DNA of 64,000 bases from an uncultured Methanosarcinales archaeon (GTDB taxonomy: Archaea; Nanobdellota; Nanobdellia; Woesearchaeales; GW2011-AR9): the NCBI GenBank assembly GCA_964632045.1, contig CAZWBB010000001.1, forward strand, positions 1 to 64,000, written 5' to 3'. Below are positions 19,017 through 28,904 of the stretch, in pieces. The notes beneath the pieces were generated by a model. That model worked only from the letters and a program-made list of their open reading frames with translations. It ran no database searches and was not told the DNA's origin. Position 1 is the stretch's first letter. Every line of letters begins with the position of its first letter. A program made the position numbers and the translations under genes.

Positions 19017-20161
19017 CTTTTCGTACCACCCACTCCTACTAACGGTCCGATCTCCGATTTCAGGCGATCCAGCTCCTCTTCAAAGCTGATACATTTCCCT
19101 GTGATGTCAAAGTGTTCAAATTCCGTTCCACGCTGTTCAGCTTCCTGAGCTCCGGCCGGATTGACTGCACCGATAGTCTTCACCCTGGTCAATTTGTAGC
19201 CATTGGTACGCATCTGCTTCATCTTCAGTGGATTATTTGTCAGGAATATGATGTCCTTGCTTGTTCCCAGATAATCAAGTACCAGGAAAGTAACTTTATA
19301 TCCAACATTGTTTCCTTCCCGTCTTGGATCAGGCCTTATCCCGATCGCTTCGAAACCGCCCCACATGGTAGCTTGGGTTATCTGCTCTGAAGAATATTCT
19401 CCCCGGTGTCTGATCGATGCTCTTGAGAAAAGGTCGAAGGCAAATTCTTTATTTGTGTAACCGCTACCCATGCCATTCTGAGTATCCACGTGCATCAGGA
19501 TGAATCCTGGCCCTTTGTCCTGTGCAAGATGCTGGTGGTTCTTCAGGAGAACTTGCTGCTGTACCCACTTCTCAAATAGCGAGCCATCATCGATCTTTGG
19601 AGCTTCTACCGGATTAAAATGGGCAGCAAGTTCTCGAATAGAGTCCCATTGATGGGCGCAGTTGCATCTCTGTGAACCAAAGATGAATGAAGGTGTACAA
19701 GCTGACTCGCTACGCAAGACAACTTTCCCATCGTAGACATCTCCAACTAAACCCACATTGACAAACTCGATCCCTAATCCAGGGATGTAGAGACAAAAAC
19801 CGATATGGCGGGTAATGTACGGTGTCTTTGTGTTGGGAGAGATGGAATATAGAGTTGCTCCTTTGTTGCAGATGATCAAAGCTCCCGTCTCTCTATGAAT
19901 CGCTGCCTCGTAGATCTGGCTCAGATCTGCCTGTGCATTTTTGCCGTCAAGCATAGTCCCAAACTGCCTGATCACCTGTCTAAACAGTTTTGGTTCCTCA
20001 ATTCTCCACACTTTCTCTTCAGGATTGTCTTTCTCAGCCAACTGCAACAGTTTCATGTACAGCTTTTTTTTCTTCTCGATCCTCTTGGCAAAGTTATCCA
20101 TGCCCTTTGCCAAGGTCTTTCCGTTTTTAATCGTCTTATTTACCATCTTGTTTTTTACCAT
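19013..20161 (-). CDS. GTP cyclohydrolase II (RibA)-like domain protein with N-terminal extension
   Basis: VVLRSESACTPSFIFGSQRCNCAHQW resembles the RibA zinc site VRVHSECLTGD...RCDCG. Confidence 0.4.
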   Translation of the reverse strand: MVKNKMVNKTIKNGKTLAKGMDNFAKRIEKKKKLYMKLLQLAEKDNPEEKVWRIEEPKLFRQVIRQFGTMLDGKNAQADLSQIYEAAIHRETGALIICNKGATLYSISPNTKTPYITRHIGFCLYIPGLGIEFVNVGLVGDVYDGKVVLRSESACTPSFIFGSQRCNCAHQWDSIRELAAHFNPVEAPKIDDGSLFEKWVQQQVLLKNHQHLAQDKGPGFILMHVDTQNGMGSGYTNKEFAFDLFSRASIRHRGEYSSEQITQATMWGGFEAIGIRPDPRREGNNVGYKVTFLVLDYLGTSKDIIFLTNNPLKMKQMRTNGYKLTRVKTIGAVNPAGAQEAEQRGTEFEHFDITGKCISFEEELDRLKSEIGPLVGVGGTKR

Positions 20162-20697
20162 TTTATTATACCCCTCTCTTTAGCATCCTGCAACATCTGA
20201 TAATGGTCAAAGGCAAACCTATTCTTATTCCTCTCCACATCACCAAGATCCATCAAAAAGACGCGTGTCTTGCCAGGCTCGTCTCTCATCTTTCCCTGAG
20301 CGGTCCCATAGACAGTAGTCGACACCTTAGGCCCACGAGGATCCCTGCCCGGAGTATCGTACCTGCCCAACTCTCCCTGCACTGTCAACTCCAAGCCAGT
20401 CTCCTCAACAAACTCGCGAATTGCGCATTCTACAGGTCCTTCCAGAGTGTCTTCCAGGTCCATTCTACCTCCTGCATCGACTGGATCTCTCCTTCCACCA
20501 GGTAAGGCGTAGCCTAATGGAAACTTCAGCCGTTCCACTAAGACCAGCTTCCCCTGATACAAGGCTATCGTGTCTGCACAATACTCTAAATCTCTCATTA
20601 TTCTCTCCGCACACAGTGCTAATGTTACTCCTGGCAAGTGGCAATATATAAATCTTTCGCTTTTTGGTGTCATTGTTGTCATTTCCATCTGTGTCAT
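20155..20697 (-). CDS. Nudix hydrolase
   Basis: Nudix box GGRRDPVDAGGRMDLEDTLEGPVECAIREFVEETGL. Confidence 0.7.
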   Translation of the reverse strand: MTQMEMTTMTPKSERFIYCHLPGVTLALCAERIMRDLEYCADTIALYQGKLVLVERLKFPLGYALPGGRRDPVDAGGRMDLEDTLEGPVECAIREFVEETGLELTVQGELGRYDTPGRDPRGPKVSTTVYGTAQGKMRDEPGKTRVFLMDLGDVERNKNRFAFDHYQMLQDAKERGIIKW

Positions 20698-20708
20698 CGC
20701 CTTACCTC

Positions 20709-21707
20709 CTAAGCTGCAAGCTGATAGCTTTCATCCCTATCCAACTGTGCAGATTTTCCCACTGCTTCTGCCATATACTTGTCTAGTGGTAAGCTGATCA
20801 GCCAATCTTTGTTCCTCAGGCAGTATTCCTTGCTTCTTGGAATTGATTCTGTAACGACAACTTTCATCCCCGAATCTCTTAGACGCTGCTCCGCGGTTGT
20901 TGATTCACTCACTCTGCTAAATACTCCATGCGTAGCGACTGCATAAACTTCAGCTGCTCCTCTTTCCATCAACATCTTTGCTGCAGAGATTAAAGTACCA
21001 CCCGTGTCGATCATGTCATCGTAGATGACAACCGTCTTGCCTGCAACATCTGGCCCGATGTAGAGCAATGACTTTACCTTATCTGACTTTTTACCGCTTC
21101 TCTGTTTCTCTACCACCCCAATATCTTCCCTGCCATCCAGACAGTTGGCAAATTTCCGGGCCCTCTTGGAGCCACCAAAGTCAGGGCTTACTACAACCAC
21201 GTCTTCAAGAGATCCTGCATACTCTCTTCTAAAATATTCTACCTGTACCGGAGCGGAAGGCAGGTTCTGTACTTCCCGGTCATAGAATCCCTGCGCCTGC
21301 GCGCAATGCATATCCAGCGAGACTATCTTCTCAACTTTTGGATTAGCCTCGATCAGGTTGGCCATCAGTTTTGCTGAGATGGGAACCCCAGGCTCATCCT
21401 GCCTGTCCTGCCGCAGATAGGTCATGTACGGCAACATCAGATTGATACTTCGTGCTCCTGACCGAGCAAGCGCATCGTTCGTCAACAATAATTTCATCAA
21501 TCCATCATTGGGATTGTCGTGGTACAAAGAGTGAAACAGATAAACATCCTTTCCCCGTACCGTTTCGGGAACCTTCACTTTCACTTCCCCACTCTTGAAA
21601 GTGATGTATTCAGCTTCCGAGTAGGAAACTCCACTAAGCTGCTGGTACACCCTTTCTGCCATGTCACTCATCTTCTCTGTTGCTAAAATCTCAATTTTTT
21701 CAGTCAT
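20709..21707 (-). CDS. prs: Ribose-phosphate pyrophosphokinase (PRPP synthetase)
   Basis: VVVSPDFGG and VIYDDMIDTGGT PRPP and ribose-5-P loops. Full-length architecture. Confidence 0.8.
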   Translation of the reverse strand: MTEKIEILATEKMSDMAERVYQQLSGVSYSEAEYITFKSGEVKVKVPETVRGKDVYLFHSLYHDNPNDGLMKLLLTNDALARSGARSINLMLPYMTYLRQDRQDEPGVPISAKLMANLIEANPKVEKIVSLDMHCAQAQGFYDREVQNLPSAPVQVEYFRREYAGSLEDVVVVSPDFGGSKRARKFANCLDGREDIGVVEKQRSGKKSDKVKSLLYIGPDVAGKTVVIYDDMIDTGGTLISAAKMLMERGAAEVYAVATHGVFSRVSESTTAEQRLRDSGMKVVVTESIPRSKEYCLRNKDWLISLPLDKYMAEAVGKSAQLDRDESYQLAA

Positions 21708-21850
21708 TTTTTTGCCTCCAGTTTTGCTTATTTCGTTTGTTTTCCTTGTTAGTTAACGTCTGTTTAACGCTAACACCTGGTGGAAAACACAACTAGTATA
21801 TAAACTTTGCGTTTTTGTTACGTTAAGTATGCGTAATTTGTACGTAACAC

Positions 21851-21857
21851 TTATAAA
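21851..21857 (+). promoter_or_regulatory. TATA box (TTATAAA) for the leaderless Nudix gene at 21882
   Basis: TTATAAA lies 25 nt upstream of ATG 21882, which matches archaeal promoter geometry. Confidence 0.5.
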
Positions 21858-21881
21858 GGTTGAAAACTTTCATTAGTTAAA

Positions 21882-22496
21882 ATGAGCCAAAATTACGAAA
21901 AATCAAAAGTAGCTGTGGATCCTGTCATCTTCACTATCCACCAAGGCAAACTGAAAGTTCTTCTTCATACACGTGAAAAGGAACCCGACCAAGGGAAACT
22001 GGAATTGCCCGGTGGATTACTGCTCCCGGATGAGACTGCGGAAGCGACCTTGAGGAGGAAGCTGCAGGAGTTGATCGGCCATCATAGAATATTCTTCCGT
22101 CAGTTCTTCACTTTCACAGAACCGGAGAGAGATGCCCGGGGCCGGACAGTCTCCATAGGCTTTCTGGCCTTGATCGATGAAGATAAACTGAATGATGTAT
22201 TACATTGGCATGACTATGATGCCCTTTCCGGACTGGCTTTCGACCACAGCAAGATCATCAGAAAAGCTCATCAATATCTCAAAGAAAATCTTTCCGCTCC
22301 CATCGTCAAAGAATTCATGCCCACCATTTTCCCACTCAACAAACTGCAAGCCATCTATGAGATGATTGAAGAGAAAGAACACGACAACAGAAACTTCAGA
22401 AAGAAGATGATCTCTTCAGGAATAGTTGAAGAGACCAAGCAGATGGAAGAGAACGTCTCCCACAGACCAGCCCGGTTGTTCAGGTTTAAGGAATGA
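21882..22496 (+). CDS. Nudix hydrolase (second copy, ADP-ribose pyrophosphatase-like)
   Basis: Nudix box LPGGLLLPDETAEATLRRKLQELIG. Divergently transcribed from prs. Confidence 0.65.
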   Translation: MSQNYEKSKVAVDPVIFTIHQGKLKVLLHTREKEPDQGKLELPGGLLLPDETAEATLRRKLQELIGHHRIFFRQFFTFTEPERDARGRTVSIGFLALIDEDKLNDVLHWHDYDALSGLAFDHSKIIRKAHQYLKENLSAPIVKEFMPTIFPLNKLQAIYEMIEEKEHDNRNFRKKMISSGIVEETKQMEENVSHRPARLFRFKE

Positions 22497-22763
22497 TTTG
22501 CATCTCAACTACTACTTCTACAAAAGATATTTCTGCAAGAAAATCTCCTCTCCGTGGCGCGCTGAGGAGACAGAAATTTGTAAGTTCACTCCATCATTCA
22601 TCCAGAACTGTACAAATTTCTGACGGATAGGATAAGATTTTTGGCTGGCGCTCATTCATTGACTTGCCAAAAATTTATCCGTGAGCGCTGCCCCCGGAGG
22701 AGAGGTGATTTTCGTGAGCAAAGACTAAACAATAACTTTTAAAAACACATACTCTACAAATCC

Positions 22764-24956
22764 CTACCCCCCAACAACCCTCAACAATTCCTCTCCATAC
22801 TTCTTTATTTTCATCGGACCCATCCCATACACGCTTTCCAGCTCAACCTTTGTCATAGGCACCTTTTCAACAATATCAAACATGGTCTTGTCATGCATGA
22901 TCATATAAGGAGCAACTCCCAACTGCCGGCTCATCTCAGTCCTCCATTCCTTCAGACGGGACAAAACATCCGTCGACGGATTACTCACACCACTCTTCTT
23001 CACCAGAGATACAGGTTTTACCTTAACCTCATTCTCTTCAATCATCCCCAGCATCTTATCTGTGATAAAATAAGTAGGCTTGGCACCGGAGTAACTCAGA
23101 TAGAGACTGTTCTTGGCCCGGCTCATCGCTACATAAAAAAGCCGACGCTCCTCTTCCTCTTTGTCATACTCCTCAATATCAACCAACTCCATGACCGGAT
23201 GTTCGCTGCCTTTGCAGGGAAAATTTATCCCATGACAGCCGATGACAAAGACCAGTTCAGCTTCCATCCCCTTGATAGCATGGATAGTGGCCAGGGTAAT
23301 CTCATCCTCCCCTGCCATAATACTGTTTTTCATCTCATCACTTCTGACAACATGCCTAATCCTCCGCACCCGCATCCTCTGCGACAGCTCATTTAACTGC
23401 CGGTTGGTTCTCGCCAATACAAAGATCTCATTCCGAGGTAGTTCGGAGGCAAGTATCCGCTGGATGACAAATTCAGATTCACTCTCTTCTGAATTGAAGG
23501 TTAGCAGATGGATGTCCTTCTTTCCATCCAATGGAGATTCCAGATCCGCTAACCTCATGTTCCGGATAGATTCATTTACTAAATTTACGATGTGCTTGGA
23601 TGAACGATAATTCTTGGTTAAAGTGACGGTCTCACATTGAGGATATTTCTCCTCGAATTGCAGTATATACTTAACATCAGAACCGCGCCAGCCAAAGATG
23701 GATTGCCTGGGATCGCCCACAGCAAACAGGTTTGGAGCCGCAAGCAGGTCGACCAACTTAATCTGTGTGGAGTTGACATCCTGATACTCATCGATGAGAA
23801 TATGTTCATACTCGGGCAGCAGATCAGGACGTTTTTCAAAAAGGGCGATGGCATCGAGCAACTGATCAGCAAAATCCCGCAAGCCTTGCTTCTTCATATG
23901 GGCTTCGATGAAATTGCAAACAGCAAAGACCATCTTACCTGTGAAATTATCCTGTGCACGCTTCTTGTCAAGTGAATTGTTCTTGAACTTGCAGTAATCA
24001 CGCAAAAAGAAGCAGTCATTCATGAAAATATTTGCAAGCTGCTCTTCCATCTTCCCTCGCTTCTGCGCAAAACTAAAATAATTGTCTATAGCTGTACTCA
24101 GACTCATGTTCAGTTTTGCTACTGCCTTCTTAATCATAATTATCTTGTCTTTGTAAGTGATGACTCTCACCGGTTTCTCATAGACAAGATCATTATACTG
24201 GCGCAGAATCTTCTCGCAGAAGGAATTGAATGTCTCTACCTGCACATCCTGCAACGACCCATAATCACCCATCTTAGCCAGACGTGTCATCATCTCTTTC
24301 CTTGCTTTCCTTGTAAAAGTGATGGCTAGGATCTTTGTCGGGGGAACAGACCTATATTTCACCAGAAACTCAATCCTCTTCGTAAGAACAGTCGTCTTAC
24401 CGCTGCCCGCGCCGGCGATACATAGAAGATGTTTCTTATCGCTGATGATTGCCTTCTTTTGCGGGTCATTGTACTTCTCCAGGTAACTTCCCAGGGAAGC
24501 GAACAGTTTACGGTCCTCATCAGTGATCTTGGTCTTGCTTTCTTTATAATTGAACGACAGTTTCTTCTTATAGAGGGATGGATTATCAATCTCTCTCCGA
24601 CCTTTGTCACTCAGTTCAAGAACTTTCCAGTACTGCTTCCCGTTTACACTGGTCATCTTGATTAACCCGTTGAGTACCAGATGATTGATCATCTCCTCTA
24701 ACTCTGTTCTTTCGTAAGCCAGACAGCCAAAGTTGACACAACGATGCAGCTGATTCCTGGAGATTGATTTATGTTCCTCCTTCCCCTGCAGAAACTGTAT
24801 CAGAAGTTTTTTTCCAACTCCAAAAGGGATTTCCTGCAGTGCTTTCAATATGAAAAGATAATCCATCTCTTTTTGCATGTTTTTGGAGAAAGGGAGTTGT
24901 TTAAGAAGTTTTTGATTGTGGAGGTGAGAAAAGACAAGGAGAATTGCATTAATCAA
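22764..24956 (-). CDS. UvrD/Rep/PcrA-family DNA helicase with C-terminal HRDC-like region
   Basis: Walker A CIAGAGSGKTT. Motifs LAITFTRKA, VDEYQD, NYRSS. C-terminal HRDC-like helix bundle. Confidence 0.8.
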   Translation of the reverse strand: MINAILLVFSHLHNQKLLKQLPFSKNMQKEMDYLFILKALQEIPFGVGKKLLIQFLQGKEEHKSISRNQLHRCVNFGCLAYERTELEEMINHLVLNGLIKMTSVNGKQYWKVLELSDKGRREIDNPSLYKKKLSFNYKESKTKITDEDRKLFASLGSYLEKYNDPQKKAIISDKKHLLCIAGAGSGKTTVLTKRIEFLVKYRSVPPTKILAITFTRKARKEMMTRLAKMGDYGSLQDVQVETFNSFCEKILRQYNDLVYEKPVRVITYKDKIIMIKKAVAKLNMSLSTAIDNYFSFAQKRGKMEEQLANIFMNDCFFLRDYCKFKNNSLDKKRAQDNFTGKMVFAVCNFIEAHMKKQGLRDFADQLLDAIALFEKRPDLLPEYEHILIDEYQDVNSTQIKLVDLLAAPNLFAVGDPRQSIFGWRGSDVKYILQFEEKYPQCETVTLTKNYRSSKHIVNLVNESIRNMRLADLESPLDGKKDIHLLTFNSEESESEFVIQRILASELPRNEIFVLARTNRQLNELSQRMRVRRIRHVVRSDEMKNSIMAGEDEITLATIHAIKGMEAELVFVIGCHGINFPCKGSEHPVMELVDIEEYDKEEEERRLFYVAMSRAKNSLYLSYSGAKPTYFITDKMLGMIEENEVKVKPVSLVKKSGVSNPSTDVLSRLKEWRTEMSRQLGVAPYMIMHDKTMFDIVEKVPMTKVELESVYGMGPMKIKKYGEELLRVVGG

Positions 24957-25020
24957 ACCCTTGTGTCACTACTTCCAAGAAAAGAAACATTTATAAATAA
25001 GACATGCTCCCAATATTTTA

Positions 25021-25968
25021 ATGAGGCTCAAAAGACTGGAGGGGATACTTACTGAACTGAATGAAGACAAATTTGACGTAAGTCTTCTCTTGAACCATTG
25101 TACTAAAGTAAGGATCAACTCTGAACATGCAAGTCTTCCCGATACCCATTTGATCGTTCAAGGCAAAGGAAAGAAAAAAGAAGAGATAATGCTTCTGACC
25201 CATTACAGCTTACTCGTTTTTGAGACAAGCAGGAAAGCGTTTGAACAAGCTGAATATGTCGTCAAGAAGGACGAATTTGAGGAGCATGAGACCAAGTCTT
25301 CTGACCCAGAAGACAGACTGAAATTAACAATAGCAGCCGAAGAAGGCAAGTCTGATCAAGAGACTTTTGAACAGGCTAGGAAAGAACAGGATGAATTCTT
25401 CAGTTCCTGTATTGATAATACTACCAAAATATTAGAAAGTTATTCGCTTACATTATTCCCTGAATTAAGAGATAGTGTAATGAATATGCTTGAGTTCACT
25501 TCTCAAAGTAATCTGGAAGAGATTCAGCGATCTTCAGAGAGCTCTTGGGAACTGAAGAAAATCTCCACATTCATGGACACATCCAAAGCTGGAGAAGGGA
25601 CTTATAAAGTGCTCAACTTCCTGACTCTTGGCTTAGTGGGATACAGAATTAGAAAGAGAATTGAAAGAATTGCTGAGCACCATCTGGCCTGGCAGGTGTT
25701 GGAAGCAGTCACTGAACGAGGTGCAAATGATTTCAGAGAGGACGTTCAATATCTCCGGAAACATGGAAACGATGAACTGGCGGGTAAAGTAGAGGACATC
25801 GCCGCTTTCTATCAAAAAGCGAGTGTAATTGCAGCCAGAAATACGCAGCGCATGGAGAGGTACCTTGCCGATGAGATGGAAATGACTGAAATGATGAGAG
25901 CAGGTGTCAACCTTCCTGACCTGCAGCCCTGTAAGAGAGCTGTATTGGAAAAGTATGGAGTGAAGTGA
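25021..25968 (+). CDS. Hypothetical acidic protein
   Basis: 315-aa ORF. No motif recognised. Confidence 0.45.
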   Translation: MRLKRLEGILTELNEDKFDVSLLLNHCTKVRINSEHASLPDTHLIVQGKGKKKEEIMLLTHYSLLVFETSRKAFEQAEYVVKKDEFEEHETKSSDPEDRLKLTIAAEEGKSDQETFEQARKEQDEFFSSCIDNTTKILESYSLTLFPELRDSVMNMLEFTSQSNLEEIQRSSESSWELKKISTFMDTSKAGEGTYKVLNFLTLGLVGYRIRKRIERIAEHHLAWQVLEAVTERGANDFREDVQYLRKHGNDELAGKVEDIAAFYQKASVIAARNTQRMERYLADEMEMTEMMRAGVNLPDLQPCKRAVLEKYGVK

Positions 25969-26103
25969 TTGTTTGGTAAGAGGATTCTGTTTGAAGGTTG
26001 TTTTTGGGTGTCGTATTTCTGACAATAAATTTTCCACGAGGACTGTAATACGCTGAGCTTATAGCAGTGTGTGGATTAGCAAATTTCCACATCATACCAG
26101 CCA

Positions 26104-27087
26104 CTACCACATCCCTTCCGGGTAGGAGAGCCTCTTGATATTCTCTAATACTAACGAAAAAGAATACTGCTGGATGTCCTGCTTCAGATAGGCTCTTAAC
26201 TCAGTGAATTGCTCATCGAACTCCTTCTGATCACCGGCTACGATCACAACCTTCAGATCAAAGTTACCCAGGATTCTCTCAGCATAGAGGATATTTTTCT
26301 GTGTCTTGAAAAAGTAAGAGAGTTTCTTCCTCTTTTCACGAGAGAGCCGGTTGACTTTCAGCAGAAGGACATACTGCTGCAGGTTGAACTTGTCATAGTT
26401 CACGATCGCCTTTCCTTTCCTGACGATCCCTTTCCGGATCAGATTATTGAAACGGACAGAGCAGGTCTCGGGATTCATCTTTGTCTTTCTGGCCAGTTCA
26501 GCGATGCTCATGTTTGCCTTATCTGAAAGCACCTGAAGGATCTTCTTGTCTCTTGCATCCGGAACAATCCCCCCAGTGAACTTCTCCATCTCTTTCGACT
26601 TATAATCAACATCCACCAGAAAATTCAGCTTTTCGTGTTTCAGTGGGACGACAGACATCAACAAGAAATTCTCAGCGATGATCTCACCAAACTTCTCATT
26701 TAATTCGTCCAGAAAGATTGCTAGGCCAATTTTGTCCTTAACTACAACAGTCATGATGAAATCCCAACTTCCGCTGCATCTGTCCAGATACTTGATGTTG
26801 GGATGGTTTTTTATGAAATCACCTATCTCCTGCAACAGCTCATTAGTAGCGCTCTGCAGCTTGACAGTAATATTATACGTCTCAAAGTGCAGTTTCTTAT
26901 TGCTGACAACAAGATTAAAGCCAAGGATGTATTTCTCTCTGACCAGTTTGGCCAGGCGATACTTGACCAGTTCCCTGGAGAGGTGCACTTTCTTAGAGAG
27001 TTGTGTCTGCGTCAAGCGGCAATTCTCATTGAGCAGATACAAGAGTTCTTTATCTTTCTTGTCCAGTTTGGTGACATTTCGCGGCAT
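26104..27087 (-). CDS. Lrp/AsnC-family transcriptional regulator (tandem double-domain)
   Basis: Two HTH_AsnC-like units (LDKKDKELLYLLNENCRLTQTQLSKKV and KKILQVLSDKANMSIAELARKT), each followed by a RAM-like region. Confidence 0.7.
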   Translation of the reverse strand: MPRNVTKLDKKDKELLYLLNENCRLTQTQLSKKVHLSRELVKYRLAKLVREKYILGFNLVVSNKKLHFETYNITVKLQSATNELLQEIGDFIKNHPNIKYLDRCSGSWDFIMTVVVKDKIGLAIFLDELNEKFGEIIAENFLLMSVVPLKHEKLNFLVDVDYKSKEMEKFTGGIVPDARDKKILQVLSDKANMSIAELARKTKMNPETCSVRFNNLIRKGIVRKGKAIVNYDKFNLQQYVLLLKVNRLSREKRKKLSYFFKTQKNILYAERILGNFDLKVVIVAGDQKEFDEQFTELRAYLKQDIQQYSFSLVLENIKRLSYPEGMW

Positions 27088-27329
27088 ATTTTCTCCATTA
27101 CAAGACCCACTTTATAAGATTTTTGGAATATGGAAAGAATAAAATGGCAGATTTTATATTCGCCCCAAGAATTTGGTATCAAGAGAGATCATAGGAACGG
27201 AAATCTTCTGGAGATACCAGAAGAATGCATATAAAACCCACTTTCCCATGAATGTATGGGGGAAGGTGTTACAGGAATTTAGCAGGGTTTAAAGCCCCCC
27301 TTTAGGGCGCTAAATTACTGTTCCAAAAA

Positions 27330-27760
27330 TTCGCCAATAAATGTGAGGAGCGTAAAGCCACGGGCTTTAGCCCGTGGATAGCGAGGAGCGGCGAATTTTT
27401 GTTACATCACAATCACCTCATTGCGCCTCTGGCGCGCCGCAATACAGCCCTACTCAAAGGATATTGGTATATTGTGTTGGCTGCGGTGATAAAGCACAGT
27501 TTTACTGTGCTGCCTATGGAAGGCACTGGTCTGAAACCAGTCATCGGGTTCGATTCCCGGCTACAAAGTAAGGTTGGGCCTGGGTTTGGCCGAGCAGAGC
27601 CTGGCTCTGTGAGGAAGGATGTGGCGTATGTGGTCATGGGGATACCTGCCTTTGAGAAAGTCTGAGGGGCAAGATGGTACCCGTCGCGGTACCGGAAACC
27701 TTGGACTAACATTGGCATCAACCATAACTCCCAAAGCATCTTGACAAACTTGGGCCGGAT
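27330..27760 (+). ncRNA. GC-rich structured RNA candidate (identity unresolved; RNase P RNA is one possibility)
   Basis: A local GC island in an AT-rich genome. At least 7 perfect hairpins (ccacgggctttagcccgtgg; gcacagttttactgtgc; ctggtctgaaaccag; cgggttcgattcccg; cagagcctggctctg; ggtacccgtcgcggtacc). Only short overlapping ORFs on both strands. Weak resemblance to RNase P CR motifs (GCGGUGAUAAAGCAC; ACAAACUUGGGCCGG). Strand is tentative. Confidence 0.45.
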
Positions 27761-27821
27761 CTTACCCCCATATTAAAGATCATCACCTTGACAGACCAGC
27801 GGAGACGCGGAGGTAACCTAA

Positions 27822-28880
27822 ATGGAACAGGAATATGTAATTAGAGAGAACGAAATCGGAATTGTTTTTGTAGATGGACAGCTGCAGGAAAAACTGAAAC
27901 CAGGGAAGTATAAGTTTGGAACTAACATCCTTGACCGCCAGGAAGCGGTCAGAAAGAAAGTGGAAGAGAAAGAAGAGTTCCAGACCATCACTTACCCTCA
28001 GCTGACAAATGTACCTCTGGGCGTAGCGCTGAATGTACGTAGGCTAGAGAGAAAGCTGAGAAACATCAGATATGGATTCACTGCCAGACAGCTGATAGAG
28101 ATGGCTAAGATCCCTTTCGGGGTCCCAAGAATAGAAAGAAAGGAACTAGGCAGACTCTATGAAGATGAACTTAAGGATGCAAAGATCAGAGCGTACGGTG
28201 ATTACAACAAGCTACCAGTGCAGGTTAGAGAAAAGATAATCCAGCTGGAGATAGAGATTGAAGATGCAAACAAAGTACCCAAGATTGAAGTGAAGACTAT
28301 CGACACCAGACAGCTTACTCTAACAATCACCGGACAGGAGATGCTGACCAGAGATAAGGTTTCAATCAGGATCAACGTGATTGTCCAGTACAAAGTTAAG
28401 GACGCAGTGAAAGCTCTAACCAGCGTTGTAAGCTATGAAGACAGACTTTACCAGCAAGTACAGATGATCATCAGAGATTACGCCTGCGCCAACAGCCTGG
28501 ATCAGCTTTTGACCAACAAGAACACTATCGGTAAGTACATCCAGAAGCAAGTTGAAGGATTGGCTACTGCCATCGGACTGCAGGTGATGGAAGTAGGTCT
28601 GAAGGACATCATCCTGCCGGGAGCAATCCAGGAGATGATGAACAAAGTAGTCGAGGCTGAGAGAGAAGGTAAAGCTAAGCTGGTCAGAGCCAGAGAAGAG
28701 ATGGCAGCTGCAAGGATCAACGCTAACATCGCTAAGATGATGCAGAAAGAAGGATCACTGCAGCTTAAGCAGATGGAGGTACTGACTGAGATCGCTAAGT
28801 CACCAGCCACTACAATCTACTTCGGAGTCGGAGATGAGTTGCTCGAATCAATGAAAAAGAAGAGAGTGACTGGAAAATAG
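27822..28880 (+). CDS. SPFH/band-7 domain protein (flotillin/stomatin-like)
   Basis: SPFH core (KVSIRINVIVQYKVKD...) followed by an Ala/Glu-rich coiled coil (EAEREGKAKLVRAREEMAAARINANIAKM). GGAGGT RBS before ATG. Confidence 0.7.
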   Translation: MEQEYVIRENEIGIVFVDGQLQEKLKPGKYKFGTNILDRQEAVRKKVEEKEEFQTITYPQLTNVPLGVALNVRRLERKLRNIRYGFTARQLIEMAKIPFGVPRIERKELGRLYEDELKDAKIRAYGDYNKLPVQVREKIIQLEIEIEDANKVPKIEVKTIDTRQLTLTITGQEMLTRDKVSIRINVIVQYKVKDAVKALTSVVSYEDRLYQQVQMIIRDYACANSLDQLLTNKNTIGKYIQKQVEGLATAIGLQVMEVGLKDIILPGAIQEMMNKVVEAEREGKAKLVRAREEMAAARINANIAKMMQKEGSLQLKQMEVLTEIAKSPATTIYFGVGDELLESMKKKRVTGK

Positions 28881-28904
28881 TTTCTTATTTTTTTTATATT
28901 TTTA
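28881..28904 (+). terminator. Oligo-T terminator after the band-7 gene
   Basis: TTTCTTATTTTTTTTATATTTTT immediately follows the stop codon. Confidence 0.5.

Noticed and set aside
27544-27568. tRNA-like T-arm (TCGGG-TTCGATT-CCCGG plus putative acceptor GCTACAA) suggesting a tRNA gene
   Set aside because: No complementary 5' acceptor strand (TTGTAGC) within 300 nt upstream. The candidate anticodon hairpin has a 5-nt or non-canonical loop (C at position 33). The variable region is too short. A perfect hairpin (GCACAGTTTTACTGTGC) occupies the expected D-arm position. Treated as part of a larger structured RNA instead.
27374-27739. Track ORFs 27374..27571(+), 27399..27665(+), 27413..27739(-) as protein-coding genes
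   Set aside because: Mutually overlapping on both strands within a GC-rich hairpin-dense island. This is typical of ORF artefacts over structured RNA.
27330-27760. Firm call of RNase P RNA
   Set aside because: CR-I-, CR-III- and CR-V-like strings are present, but the P4 long-range pairing could not be reconstructed and the spacing is inconsistent. Left as an unassigned ncRNA candidate.
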